From: an uncultured delta proteobacterium
GTDB taxonomy: Bacteria; Desulfobacterota; Binatia; UBA9968
DNA: 64,000 bases
Direction of reading: 5' to 3'
Assembly (NCBI GenBank): GCA_963771465.1
Contig: CAVYTU010000017.1
Location: 480,001-544,000 of the forward strand
Position numbers and translations under genes: made by a program. Positions 29,727 through 39,524 of this stretch are shown piece by piece. The notes under the pieces were generated by a model. The model ran no database searches. It was not told the DNA's origin and saw only the letters and a list, made by a program, of their open reading frames with translations. The stretch's first letter is position 1, and every line of letters starts with the position of its first letter.

Positions 29727-30944
29727 TCATCCCCACGGACCCAAGAAGGGTTCACCGGCGTAGGCATTTGATCTCGCGTCGAGCGCTTCCGGCCATTCGC
29801 TCATGGGTTTCGCTTGACGCAACTCTTTCGGTCTGACTTTGCCATCCCAGCCGACCTGCTCCATGGCGCAGTAGAGTTGGATCGTGTGGCCGTCGGGGTC
29901 GAATACATGGGCGGCGTGGTCGATGCCAGGATGAAGCTCCAGCGGAATCGCTTCGCCGACTTTGCAGCCGCGCTCTTGGAGAAATTTCACGGCGTCTTTG
30001 AGTTGATGATAATTCGCCAACTGTAAGCCGAGCGCGGCGCTCTTGGAGTGGCTGCTCAATCCGAGGGTCTCACGCAGCGCAGTGGGAAACAGCGCCAGCG
30101 AATGATGTTCGGTGTTGCATCTGAAAAACAAACAACGCTGGCCCTGCCAATTTACTGCTTCGCTCAAAGTGAAGCCGAGGCGTTGCCGATAAAATGTCTC
30201 CGCTGCGGCCATGTCGTCGGTAAATAGATAGACCGGTCCGAGGCGGACGATTTTAAATGGCCGCGGCAGCAAGATGCCATCGACGTCGTAGGTCGCCGGC
30301 AGATTGTCGACATGACGATAACCGCTGCTTGGGTCGATGCCTTTGGCTTTGGCCTGTTCAACTTCCTCGTATTCGGATATCTGCGGCAACTCGGGCGGCT
30401 TGTCGAAGCCGCGGTCATACATGCTGCGTGGTTTGCTGTGGCCGTTCCAGCCGATCTGCTCGATGCCGTAATAAAGCTCGTTGCTGTGGCCGTCGGGATC
30501 GAGCAGATAGGTGTGCCAGTTGGAACCCGGCATGTCGCGGCCGGAGCGTTGCTGCTTGATGTTGTTTTCGTTGAACCATTTGATCGCGTTGTTGACTTCA
30601 CGCATGCTGCCGGCTTGCCAGGTGATTTGATTGATGGTCACGCCGGGCTTCTCGGCGCGCCCCAGCGCGTCGCGCACGCGTTTGGGAAACAACACCATGG
30701 CGTGGTGATCGCCGCCGAAGCGGGTGAAGTAACCGTTGGGGTCGCCGAGGCCGGCGACTTGCTCGGGACTGGCGGCGCGCTTGGAGTAATCCATCACGTC
30801 GGAAATTTTGAAGCCCAGTAGATCGGTGTAGAAGCGCCGGCCTTCCGCCATATTCGTCATGTTGAAACCAAAATGGCCCAGGCGGCGAATCTTAAACGGC
30901 TGGTCGAGCAGGACGCCGCCGACGTTGAATTTTTCATCTGCCAT
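29727..30944 (-). CDS. Duplicated VOC / extradiol-dioxygenase-like protein
   Basis: Two repeats of PFKIxRLG...HH...DPDGH..(E/Q)LY..EQ(I/V)GW; GGAGG RBS before ATG 30944. Confidence 0.85.
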   Translation of the reverse strand: MADEKFNVGGVLLDQPFKIRRLGHFGFNMTNMAEGRRFYTDLLGFKISDVMDYSKRAASPEQVAGLGDPNGYFTRFGGDHHAMVLFPKRVRDALGRAEKPGVTINQITWQAGSMREVNNAIKWFNENNIKQQRSGRDMPGSNWHTYLLDPDGHSNELYYGIEQIGWNGHSKPRSMYDRGFDKPPELPQISEYEEVEQAKAKGIDPSSGYRHVDNLPATYDVDGILLPRPFKIVRLGPVYLFTDDMAAAETFYRQRLGFTLSEAVNWQGQRCLFFRCNTEHHSLALFPTALRETLGLSSHSKSAALGLQLANYHQLKDAVKFLQERGCKVGEAIPLELHPGIDHAAHVFDPDGHTIQLYCAMEQVGWDGKVRPKELRQAKPMSEWPEALDARSNAYAGEPFLGPWG

Positions 30945-31094
30945 CGCGCACCTCCGGGAACGTTCGGCCTGTCTATACAATTTTTCGCCCAGACTGACAA
31001 CGCGCCGGCGGAATTTAACTTGCAAGCGGCGAGTGGCTGGACTAACTTAAGTGCTTCGATCGATAATTACGTCAGTCTGCAAGGGGAGGCGATC

Positions 31095-31952
31095 ATGGCG
31101 ATACAAGAATTACACTTCAACGGCAAAATCTTTTGGCCGGGGGATGCCCGCATTGCGGTGCTTTTGAGCTTTGACTTTCAGGGCGGCGAAGATGTCCGGC
31201 CGGACAAGAACGGAAGAATGAATCATGAAGAATATACCCAGGCGGAATACGGTCCCAACACGGGTATCTGGCGCATCCTGCGCATCCTGGCGGCGCACGA
31301 AGTGAAGGCAACGTTTTTGACCTGCGGCGGCATTGCCGAGCGCTACCCGGAAGCGGTGGCGGCGATCACTGCAGCCGGGCATGAAGTCGCGGGTCATGGC
31401 TACCATCATGAAGTGGCGCGGGATCTTTCCAAGGACGAAGAGCGCGACGTGATGAAACGGACCACCGACATGATTCTCAACCGCAGTCAGAAGCGGCCTT
31501 TTGGCTGGCGTTCGTGCACCCAAAGCCCGAATAGTATCGAGCTGCTGATGGAGCAGGGATATCTGTGGAACAGCAACTCTTTTTCCCACGACCTGCCGTT
31601 CGTTTGGCAGAACGGTAAGAAAAAGTTAGTCGAGCTTCCGCGCCAACCCTTCGGCGACGGGCGCACCTACGGCGGACGCGATTCCGGCAATCCCAACGAC
31701 ACCTTGGTCATTTGGAAAGCGATGTTCGACCAGTTCTACGAGGAGTCGAGTCTGGGGCCGACGTTCTGTCCGTTTCAGTTTCATCCGTACATTTCCAGCC
31801 GGCCCGGGAGAGCGAAAACCCTGTTCGACATTATCGCTCACATGAAGTCGCACAAAGGCGTCTGGTTCGCCACCGGCAGCGAAGTGGCGCACTGGTGGTT
31901 GGAGAAGGGTTTTTCAGCGGAAGCGAACGCAAGAATTTCAAAAGTAGCGTAG
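31095..31952 (+). CDS. Polysaccharide deacetylase / PuuE-like hydrolase
   Basis: WPGDARIAV, EYGPNTGIWRIL, HEVAGHGYHH, FHPYISSRPGR and VWFATGSEVA. Confidence 0.88.
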   Translation: MAIQELHFNGKIFWPGDARIAVLLSFDFQGGEDVRPDKNGRMNHEEYTQAEYGPNTGIWRILRILAAHEVKATFLTCGGIAERYPEAVAAITAAGHEVAGHGYHHEVARDLSKDEERDVMKRTTDMILNRSQKRPFGWRSCTQSPNSIELLMEQGYLWNSNSFSHDLPFVWQNGKKKLVELPRQPFGDGRTYGGRDSGNPNDTLVIWKAMFDQFYEESSLGPTFCPFQFHPYISSRPGRAKTLFDIIAHMKSHKGVWFATGSEVAHWWLEKGFSAEANARISKVA

Positions 31953-31961
31953 TGACCAATG

Positions 31962-32010
31962 GAGTGATGGAGCAGTGGACGGAGCACAATGCTCCATTGC
32001 TCCATCACTC
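31962..32010. repeat. Inverted-repeat hairpin built from roughly 8-bp units, between convergent genes
   Basis: gagtgatggagcagtgga (31962-31979) pairs with tccattgctccatcactc (31993-32010), one G-T mismatch. Confidence 0.8.
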
Positions 32011-32017
32011 AATCACC

Positions 32018-32554
32018 TCACGACCTGAACCAGTAACGGATTTTTTTCCTTATTCCCCGACCCAAGCGCCGTTTGATCTCAAACCAGATACGCAAACACC
32101 AATTGCGCCAGAACCAGGCGAACGACGTTGAAGTCGTGATCCACTGGTGGTTGAACTCGAACTTGACTTTTATCTTTCGCAGCTGAAGCGTCTTGCCGAA
32201 CTTGCGTTTGAAGATCGCCTTGACACTCACCGCATTGCGCTCTTCGACGAATACCGTGATGGTTTCCACCGGCAGAAGCGTGCGGATGCGGGCAATCTTT
32301 TGCGCTAGACCGATTTCGTTATTGGCGCTGACCTCGATTAGATTGGTCAAAAGCTCGGGCTCCTGAAGCGTTTTCTCGGCCATTTCTCGGCGCAGCTTGA
32401 TTTCCTGTCCGGTATCGACGTCGTAGCCAGCCAAGACCAAATAGGTCTTATGCTTGGTGGTTTGCATCGATTTGTGCCACCAGTCCAACGCGCGTTCCAG
32501 ACAGATGCGCGAGGCTTGCGAGAGCCGTTCAGAACTGAGCACGCCGTAGGGCAT
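32018..32554 (-). CDS. Hypothetical protein (weak DUF218-like pattern; may start at ATT 32575)
   Basis: 178-aa ORF filling the gap between two genes; AAGGAG at 32582-32587. Confidence 0.6.
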   Translation of the reverse strand: MPYGVLSSERLSQASRICLERALDWWHKSMQTTKHKTYLVLAGYDVDTGQEIKLRREMAEKTLQEPELLTNLIEVSANNEIGLAQKIARIRTLLPVETITVFVEERNAVSVKAIFKRKFGKTLQLRKIKVKFEFNHQWITTSTSFAWFWRNWCLRIWFEIKRRLGRGIRKKIRYWFRS

Positions 32555-32612
32555 GGCGACGATGACGATTGAAATGACAGTCTCCTTTTGGATTGGGCGA
32601 CGTCGTCAATGA

Positions 32613-33236
32613 TTACGGCTCGTAGATCATGACGTCGACCGGCTTGCCACCGACGGCAAGATCGGGACAGGCGCTCAGTGCGACCAGCAAATCCATCTCG
32701 GCGCGCAGATCCATGTAGTTGCCTTCCGGCGGGCGCACTTGAGTGTGTTCCATCTTGCCGGTGACGCCGTCGATGATCATGTGCTGATTCAAATTAAACG
32801 GGCTGGGAATGTCTTCGGGTATAATTCCATAGGACGCCACGGCTTTGGACAGATTTTCGTAGCAGCCGTGATCGGGGATCTCTTTTATCTCGCGCGGATA
32901 GTATTCGGCCAAGCGGTTTTCCTGCTGCGCCAGCTTGAAACGGTAGCCGCTGCACATGCCTTTTTGCAAGTCGTGAGTGCCGGTTTTATTGCCGTCGTAA
33001 GTGATCGTCATCATGTGTTGGTTGTTGCGCCCCATCAGCTTGTCACCGGTACTGATGAAAAGTTTCATGTTGTAAACCTTGGTGCGCGGCTGGTCGAACC
33101 GTTCGATCAGCTTTGCCAGTTTGAAAAAGACAAAATCGACGGTGGTCGTCGCGCTGATGCGGATTATTTGTCCCTGTTTCATTTCCGCCGACCAACCGGT
33201 GTTGTGCGGCACATGGGCTTGAAGGATCGTCTTCAT
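32613..33236 (-). CDS. DUF1989 / urea-carboxylase-associated family protein (second paralogue)
   Basis: HDLQKGMCS, HGCYENL, IPSPFNL and RAEMDLLVALSACP. Confidence 0.88.
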   Translation of the reverse strand: MKTILQAHVPHNTGWSAEMKQGQIIRISATTTVDFVFFKLAKLIERFDQPRTKVYNMKLFISTGDKLMGRNNQHMMTITYDGNKTGTHDLQKGMCSGYRFKLAQQENRLAEYYPREIKEIPDHGCYENLSKAVASYGIIPEDIPSPFNLNQHMIIDGVTGKMEHTQVRPPEGNYMDLRAEMDLLVALSACPDLAVGGKPVDVMIYEP

Positions 33237-33600
33237 TTTATCGGTCTTTCCTTTGCGATCGCGGTCAAACGATCAGTGAACTCCGGTTCGATGTTGGTTT
33301 CTTAAAGAGGCCAACATAGCCGTAATGAAGTTCATTCTCGTGTAACAACGCGAGATTATTAGCAAACGGGTCCGCATAATCAAATTCTCTAGCACGTCTC
33401 TAAGGTAGTTCGTCTGAGCTGTCAAGCAATTTGGGCTGTGACAAATTTCGGCCCAATTAATGTCAGGTGGGGCGATGTGGAGTGAAATTCGCGGCAAGCC
33501 TGAATATCCCGTTAAAAAACTCGTCCAAGTAAACCTTTCGTATCTCTCGCCGTCCAATCGTAGCAAGGCGCCCGATTAACTAACAACACAAAGGAGACTG

Positions 33601-34017
33601 ATGAGAATGAAAAAGGCGATTGGGATTGGACTTAGCATTTTGGCTCTCGGCAGCGCGGTGCCGGTGATGGCGGAACCCTACGGTTATTTCGACAGACTCG
33701 GTGATCGTATCGATGCCAGGTTGGATGCGCGCGGCGATCGCATCAACGATCGACTTGACGTGCGTGGCGACCGGATCAACGACCGGTTAGATGCCTTGTC
33801 CGCCAAGGCGCGCGCGGAAGGAAAGACCAAGCTCGCCGACCGTCTTGACCGCAGAGGCGATCTCATCGAAGCGCGCCTGGACAAGCGCGGTGACCGCATC
33901 GAGCGGCACCTGGACAATCGCGGCGATCGCATTGAGCGCCGCTTGGATCATCGCGGCGATCGGATCGATCGTCGATTGGATCGTATTGGCCATCAGTATT
34001 ATCGACGCGGCCGTTAA
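33601..34017 (+). CDS. Secreted protein made of 11-residue RLDxRGDRI repeats
   Basis: AAGGAG RBS, signal peptide ending in VMA, about 7 repeats. Confidence 0.8.
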   Translation: MRMKKAIGIGLSILALGSAVPVMAEPYGYFDRLGDRIDARLDARGDRINDRLDVRGDRINDRLDALSAKARAEGKTKLADRLDRRGDLIEARLDKRGDRIERHLDNRGDRIERRLDHRGDRIDRRLDRIGHQYYRRGR

Positions 34018-34038
34018 TTCTTTATGACGACAAATGAG

Positions 34039-34069
34039 AAGGCCCCGGTGTAATAGCCGGGGCTTTTTC
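34039..34069 (+). terminator. Rho-independent terminator
   Basis: GGCCCCGG-loop-CCGGGGCT followed by a T run, about 20 bp after the stop. Confidence 0.75.
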
Positions 34070-34192
34070 ATTTTATCCTGCTCGTCATTTGCGCAAGCGG
34101 TTGATGGCGCTTGGATTTCGCTTGTCAAATAATGATGATGCCCGGTTTTAGCCGTCATGACGATTTGAGTTACACTGTCTGTGTCGCTCGAC

Positions 34193-35455
34193 TCAAAAAT
34201 ATTCTTTAAATCCTGTTACCATGATGTTTGCCAAGCCTTCATTATAACTTTCCACATGGCCGTAGTGAGTCAGCTTGGGCACGATAATTAAACGTAAAGC
34301 GTCGGCGTAGGGCTTGAACTTGTTAAAGGCATAAACCTCGCGACGATAGGCCAAACCTTTTTTGCCGCCTTCTATCCAGTGACCTTTGTCGTTCTCGCCG
34401 ACGATGTGCAAAAGTTTCTTGCCGCGCAGGCGGCTTAGATCGGACTTGTACGTGATGAACAATTCGTCATCGGTGAGGCCGGAGACTTTTTTGATTTCCG
34501 GGATCAGCACATCGTGGGCGCTGTGCTCGATATCTTGCAAATAAGGTTTGAACTGCGGCCGGCGATGATTCTCCAGGTCGAACCATTTTTCCACCGGGCC
34601 CCAGGGTTGATTCGGCCCGACGTAGCCGCTCTTGGCGTAGCCTTTCGGCGAGCGCCGGCTTAGATCTGTGAGATTACGAAATTGCGCGGCACGCTCTTCG
34701 GGCGACTTCTCGGCGCAGGCCAAGTCCCATTCCTTGCGCAGCCAGGCGGGCATGCCGGTGCCGAAACCGAGGCCGCCGATCAATCTATTTTTAAGACCGT
34801 ACTGTTCCATCAAGTAGAAATATTCGCCGCCGGTGGAGTGGCCCCACATGAAGATCGCCTGCGTTAAATTCTTTTCGACCAGCGCTTTGACCGCTTCCGT
34901 ACACATTCTAAAAGTGAATACCGCGAGGCGATTCTTGAGCTCCGTGTCGCTGGGGATTTGACCGATGATAAATTCCGGCCGCCGTTCCGGGATGGGTGCC
35001 CAAGCTTTGCGGCTGTAATGACCGGGAAGCGAAATCGCCAATACGGGAATACCCAGCGAGGCAATATGTTGGGCGATGCCGACGCGGGCGTTTTTGGGAT
35101 CGCGTTTGCTGAGATCCGGATATGCCTCGGGACCATCGGGGGTAAAAATAAACTCATATTCATTCACCGCGCCGCCATGGATCATCACTACAGCCATGTC
35201 AGGGATCGATACTCTGGCCGGTGTAAATAGCCGGCCGTGAATGTCCCACTGAAATAGCTCGCCGGGTGTTTCCGGATTCGGATAACGGTGAATCGACTCC
35301 TGGACTTCTTTCACAGTGAACGGCACGCGCGCGAAAGGATCGGAGAGAGTTTTGTAGTCGTCGAACGACATGTAGTAGATGAAATCGTCTTTCAAGCCGG
35401 CGCCGGTCTTAAGCGCCGCGACTAATTTGTCACTTGCGTCCTGGTTCATGGGCAC
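34193..35455 (-). CDS. Hypothetical alpha/beta-hydrolase-like protein
   Basis: MIHGGA, ISLPGH, WGHSTGG, VGENDKG and LTHYG. Confidence 0.7.
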   Translation of the reverse strand: MPMNQDASDKLVAALKTGAGLKDDFIYYMSFDDYKTLSDPFARVPFTVKEVQESIHRYPNPETPGELFQWDIHGRLFTPARVSIPDMAVVMIHGGAVNEYEFIFTPDGPEAYPDLSKRDPKNARVGIAQHIASLGIPVLAISLPGHYSRKAWAPIPERRPEFIIGQIPSDTELKNRLAVFTFRMCTEAVKALVEKNLTQAIFMWGHSTGGEYFYLMEQYGLKNRLIGGLGFGTGMPAWLRKEWDLACAEKSPEERAAQFRNLTDLSRRSPKGYAKSGYVGPNQPWGPVEKWFDLENHRRPQFKPYLQDIEHSAHDVLIPEIKKVSGLTDDELFITYKSDLSRLRGKKLLHIVGENDKGHWIEGGKKGLAYRREVYAFNKFKPYADALRLIIVPKLTHYGHVESYNEGLANIMVTGFKEYF

Positions 35456-35519
35456 TCCTGATCGATCAAGTTATTCTCAATAAAGAGATATGTGGACACC
35501 GTTAACGAATGTCAACCGC

Positions 35520-35548
35520 TTGATGGCGCGATCAATTGCCGGTATGAA
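35520..35548 (+). promoter_or_regulatory. Putative sigma70 promoter of the cupin-VOC pair
   Basis: TTGATG-17 bp-TATGAA, about 30 bp before the ATG. Confidence 0.4.
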
Positions 35549-35577
35549 ACGGACAATCCAAATCAGGAGGCGCGCCG

Positions 35578-36678
35578 ATGCCAGAAGCAGCTAACCGTCC
35601 GTCCTACGAGAAAGTCGAACGCAAGGTCGAAGTGATGGACACGCCCTACGATCAGTGGATCGCGTCCCAAGGCATCGATATCGTGCGCGGCTTTTTCGTC
35701 GAAGATCTTTATACCACGCCCCTCAAATGGTGGGATCGTATCGGCGGCTACGGCGTCTGCATCATGCTCGACGGCGCCGGCTACATGGACGACGCTTACG
35801 TCATCGGCATCCCGGCGGGGAAGAGTCTTAATCCGCAGCGTCATATTTACGAGGCGCTGGTCTACGTGCTCTCGGGCCGAGGCGCGACGACGGTGTGGCA
35901 GAACAACGGCGCCAAGCAGAGCTTCGAGTGGCAGACCGGCAGTCTCTTCGCGCTGCCGCTCAACGCTTGGTATCAGCACTTCAACGGCCAGGGCGATCAG
36001 GAAGCGCGGCTGTTGTCGGTGACGACGGCGCCGCTGATATTCAATTTGTTTCACTGTGCCGATTTCGTCGTCAACAATCACTATTCTTTCACCGATCGTT
36101 TCAAGGGCGAAGAGGGTTACTTCGCCGGCAGCGGTAAGCTTTACAGCGACCGCGTGGTCGAGACCAACTTCGTCGCCGACGTGATCAACATCGAGCCGGT
36201 GGAGTGGAGTGAACGGGGCAAGGGCAACGCGACGATTTTTTTTGAAATGTCGGAGAGCATGATGGGCTCCCATGTATCGCGCTTTCCCGTGGGGATTTAC
36301 AAGAAGGCGCATCGTCACGGACCGGGAGCGCATGTGTTCATTCTCACCGGTAAAGGCTATTCGCTGCTCTGGCCCGAAGGCAAGGAGATGACCCGCGTTG
36401 ACTGGAAGCCGGGATCGATCGTCGTGCCGCCGGAGGGCTGGTTTCATCAGCATTTCAATTCCGGCGCGGAACCGTCGCGTTATCTGGCGCTTAAGATTTT
36501 GAGTCGCAAGTTTAAATTGCAGCCCGGTAAGATTCAGTCCGACGTGCCTCTGGCGTATGGTGGTTGGCAGATTGAGTACGAGGACGAGGACCCGATTATT
36601 CGCAGGACTTTCGAAGCGGAATGCGCCAAGTCGGGCGCCGAAGTGCGGATGCCGGCGCTGGTGAAACCGGCCAATTGA
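35578..36678 (+). CDS. Bicupin protein
   Basis: QRHIYEALVYVLSGRG...WYQHFN and KAHRHGPGAH...WFHQHFN; AGGAGG RBS. Confidence 0.88.
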   Translation: MPEAANRPSYEKVERKVEVMDTPYDQWIASQGIDIVRGFFVEDLYTTPLKWWDRIGGYGVCIMLDGAGYMDDAYVIGIPAGKSLNPQRHIYEALVYVLSGRGATTVWQNNGAKQSFEWQTGSLFALPLNAWYQHFNGQGDQEARLLSVTTAPLIFNLFHCADFVVNNHYSFTDRFKGEEGYFAGSGKLYSDRVVETNFVADVINIEPVEWSERGKGNATIFFEMSESMMGSHVSRFPVGIYKKAHRHGPGAHVFILTGKGYSLLWPEGKEMTRVDWKPGSIVVPPEGWFHQHFNSGAEPSRYLALKILSRKFKLQPGKIQSDVPLAYGGWQIEYEDEDPIIRRTFEAECAKSGAEVRMPALVKPAN

Positions 36679-36732
36679 CAAGCGCGGGTAGCTTCTTAAT
36701 AATACGAGTACGACTTTGTTAAGGAGACAACC

Positions 36733-37563
36733 ATGCTGAAACCGATCGGAATGACCGAAGGCCATTATGAATGCCGCTCCCTCGATGAGACGCTGCCGAT
36801 TTTTACCGAGTTGCTCGCCGCGGAAGTCGTGGAGCGAACCGAGAAACAGGCCGTGGTGAAACATCCCAACACCGCCTGGAAATTGGTGATTCACGAAGGC
36901 GGGCCGGATTCGAAAAACAAGCCGCACACCAATCACTACGGCTTCCGAGTGGCGAGCTCGAAGGAAATTCCTAGAGCCCACGAATATATTTCCGAACACA
37001 AAGCTCAATACAAGATTAAAAGTGTAACTCCGCCGCACGAAGCGCATTTTGCCTATTCGATCTATTTCAAAGAGCCCGGCGGTAACGATCTGGAGATTGA
37101 GTATTATAATCCGGCGGCGATAAAGCAGGGTCGCAGGATCGCTGCGCCGCATTGGACCACGCCGATTCCTGAAGAGAAATTTCCCGGCAGAGGTTACGTA
37201 CCGCAGGCCATGACCCATGGCACGCTTAACTGCGACGACAAAGAAGCCAGCGACAAATTTCTTGCCAACGTGCTCGGCCTCGAACTTATCGGCGGCGGGC
37301 GCATGTCGACCTATATCAGCGTGCCGAACATGGGGCCGTGGTACGTGGTGGTGCTACCGACGACGCACCGGGATTATCTGTCGGAGGCGAATCGTTTTAC
37401 CCTGAAGGTCGCTTGCCCCGAAGAAGTCGAAGACGCGCACAAGGATTTCTCGAAGAACGGCAAGCAGCTTGGCATCCAAGAGCTGCGCGAATTGGAAACC
37501 AACGGCCGCGCCCACTTTCTTTTGAGCGATATCAGCAAGAACTGGTGGGAAATAACTTCGTAA
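36733..37563 (+). CDS. VOC/glyoxalase family protein (two modules)
   Basis: NHYGFRV, SIYFKEPGGNDLEI, THGTL and DISKNWWEI. Confidence 0.82.
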   Translation: MLKPIGMTEGHYECRSLDETLPIFTELLAAEVVERTEKQAVVKHPNTAWKLVIHEGGPDSKNKPHTNHYGFRVASSKEIPRAHEYISEHKAQYKIKSVTPPHEAHFAYSIYFKEPGGNDLEIEYYNPAAIKQGRRIAAPHWTTPIPEEKFPGRGYVPQAMTHGTLNCDDKEASDKFLANVLGLELIGGGRMSTYISVPNMGPWYVVVLPTTHRDYLSEANRFTLKVACPEEVEDAHKDFSKNGKQLGIQELRELETNGRAHFLLSDISKNWWEITS

Positions 37564-37729
37564 ATTTCGATTGCGATAAAATTGCTGCAATCGCCGCTAA
37601 CGGGAAACTGTTAGCGGCGTTTCTCGTTTTGCCGGCAGTTGAACCATGGAAACGGGCGCGTCCTAGGTAGCCATCGCGTATACGCGTCAGCGCCGATTTG
37701 AAGTCACCGCTACTTGACCAGAAAATGTC

Positions 37730-38743
37730 CTATGGCTTCCACGCCTGTTTGATCAACTGTGTTTCGGCCTGGCGCGCAAAGCTGAAATCATAGGCGCGCT
37801 TGGGTGAGATAATTTCGTTTACGTCGGCGACTTGCGCAACGATGGCGAGATCGTTTTTCTGGCTTTGTTCGTCGACGTACCCCGACTTGGTAAACGTGCC
37901 GACCAGGTCATCGTACATGCGCGTCGACAGGGTACGGTCGAGCTCGCTGAACTTCGATATTGCCGCGATGGTGCTTTCGCGCTCCTGGCGCGCGACCCGG
38001 AGTCCTTTAACGACCGCGCGGACAAATCCGGCGAGTTGCTGGGGCTGCTCTTAGATGAAGCGCTCGGAAGTAGCGAAGGTGCCCCAGGAGTTTTTCACTT
38101 CTTTGCCGATGAAGAGCAGGTCCTTCATGCCTTGATCGAGCGCCGCGTAGCGTTCTTCAGGACTCACGATGGCGGCGTCGACGGCGCCGGACAAGAGCGA
38201 CGGCAAGCGGTTGACTGGTCCGGGATCGATCAACACGATGTCCTTTGGAATATTGTGCTTGCTCAGAATATTCCTAAACATGAATGCCGCGATCGACGCG
38301 ACGCCGGTGGTGGCGACTTTTTTACCGCTCAGATCGCGCAGGCTTTTGATATTCGGCCGGGCGACGATCCATTGTAGGACTTGATCGTTGAACGCCAGGA
38401 TGGTTTTCAATGGCGCGTTGCCTTTGGAAATCGCCACCAGCGCGCTACTGCCGGAACCGGAAAACTGCACCGCGTTGGCGATCAGTGCTTGCAGGCCGGC
38501 GGCGTTCTGCATGAAGACCAGCTTCAACTCCAAACCTTCTTCTTTCAAATAGCCGCGCTCTTGGGCGATGACCAAAGGAACATATTGAAACGCCTTTGAC
38601 GTCAGCGCCGCGGTGACGGTGTCGAGAGCAATGGCTACTTGCCTCGATGCTAGTAAAGAAATTAGAAGAACCGTCAGAGTGATACCCTTGAGCACGAATC
38701 CATTCCTCCGCTGGTCGGATTGGGCGTTGTCGATGATTTGCAT
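37730..38743 (-). pseudogene. NitT/TauT-family ABC substrate-binding protein with an in-frame stop at 38051-38053
   Basis: IAQERGYLKEEGLE, LSGKKVA and LLSGAVDA. The frame continues past TAA as EQPQQLAGFVRAVVKG...YDFSF to 37730. Confidence 0.82.
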
Positions 38744-38897
38744 GCTTGTTTATGGCTCCACCAGGATAGCTTCTCAAGAGGTTCAGCCCTCTTATAGGGA
38801 CTTGAAGAAGCCACGCTACTCTGAGGAATCTTTACGCAATTCTCAGCACGTCAAGAAATAACTTCAGCGCTTTCGATCGATATGGTATTCTAGCACC

Positions 38898-39524
38898 ATG
38901 ATGCAAATAATCATCGTGGCGATGGCACTCATGACTGGTGTGTGGGGCTGCGCGACGGCGAATATTAGCCGCGGCGCGACGCTGCTTTCGGGCGTGAATC
39001 AATATCATGGTGACATGCAGCGGGTTGGCAGCCAACTGGGCCGTTGGCCGGAGCGCCAGCACGCGGCGACCATGTTAAAGGGCGTCATAGCCAGCACCCT
39101 TGGATCGTCGTCGGAGTTTTATCGGTTGGTCGATCTCGACCTGCGCAAGCGCGAATTCGTGCTCACCATGCGGGAGACCAACGTGCGCCCCGATCGAGTG
39201 AATGAGATGAAACAAGAATTGGTGCAAATCGACGACGAGATCGCCGCGCTCAAGCCGGTGATCAAAACTCAGCTCAAGGCGGTGAAGATCGCCGATCAAC
39301 CGAGCGAGATCGAGAGCATTGCCACCCTTGGGCTGCTCGGCCTCGCAGTCGACGGATTTTCAGCCCCCGGCGGGCGCGGTTTGGATGCGCCGTCAACGAA
39401 AGTGGCGGAGCATGTCATTACCGACCTCGGCTCCTTCGCGACGGTGCGCTCACCGAGAGGACAAATGTATCGCTGTACGCTGTTCGGTCAGACCGAGGAC
39501 GGTGTTGGGATGCGCTGCGAATAA
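38898..39524 (+). CDS. Hypothetical lipoprotein
   Basis: Hydrophobic N-terminus ending in VWGC, a coiled-coil middle and two C-terminal Cys. Confidence 0.7.
   Translation: MMQIIIVAMALMTGVWGCATANISRGATLLSGVNQYHGDMQRVGSQLGRWPERQHAATMLKGVIASTLGSSSEFYRLVDLDLRKREFVLTMRETNVRPDRVNEMKQELVQIDDEIAALKPVIKTQLKAVKIADQPSEIESIATLGLLGLAVDGFSAPGGRGLDAPSTKVAEHVITDLGSFATVRSPRGQMYRCTLFGQTEDGVGMRCE

Noticed and set aside
33237-33600. Possible guanidine riboswitch upstream of a DUF1989 gene
   Set aside because: No guanidine-I 3' motif or paired ACGR hairpins recognised by eye; an Infernal scan would be needed to exclude it fully.
35520-35535. TTGAT-N6-ATCAA as an FNR box
   Set aside because: FNR needs N4 spacing; the sequence is better explained as a -35 element with TATGAA 17 bp downstream.
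35563-37218. 551-aa minus-strand ORF
   Set aside because: Antisense to the cupin and VOC genes, which have motifs and strong RBSs; long shadow frames are common in GC-rich DNA.
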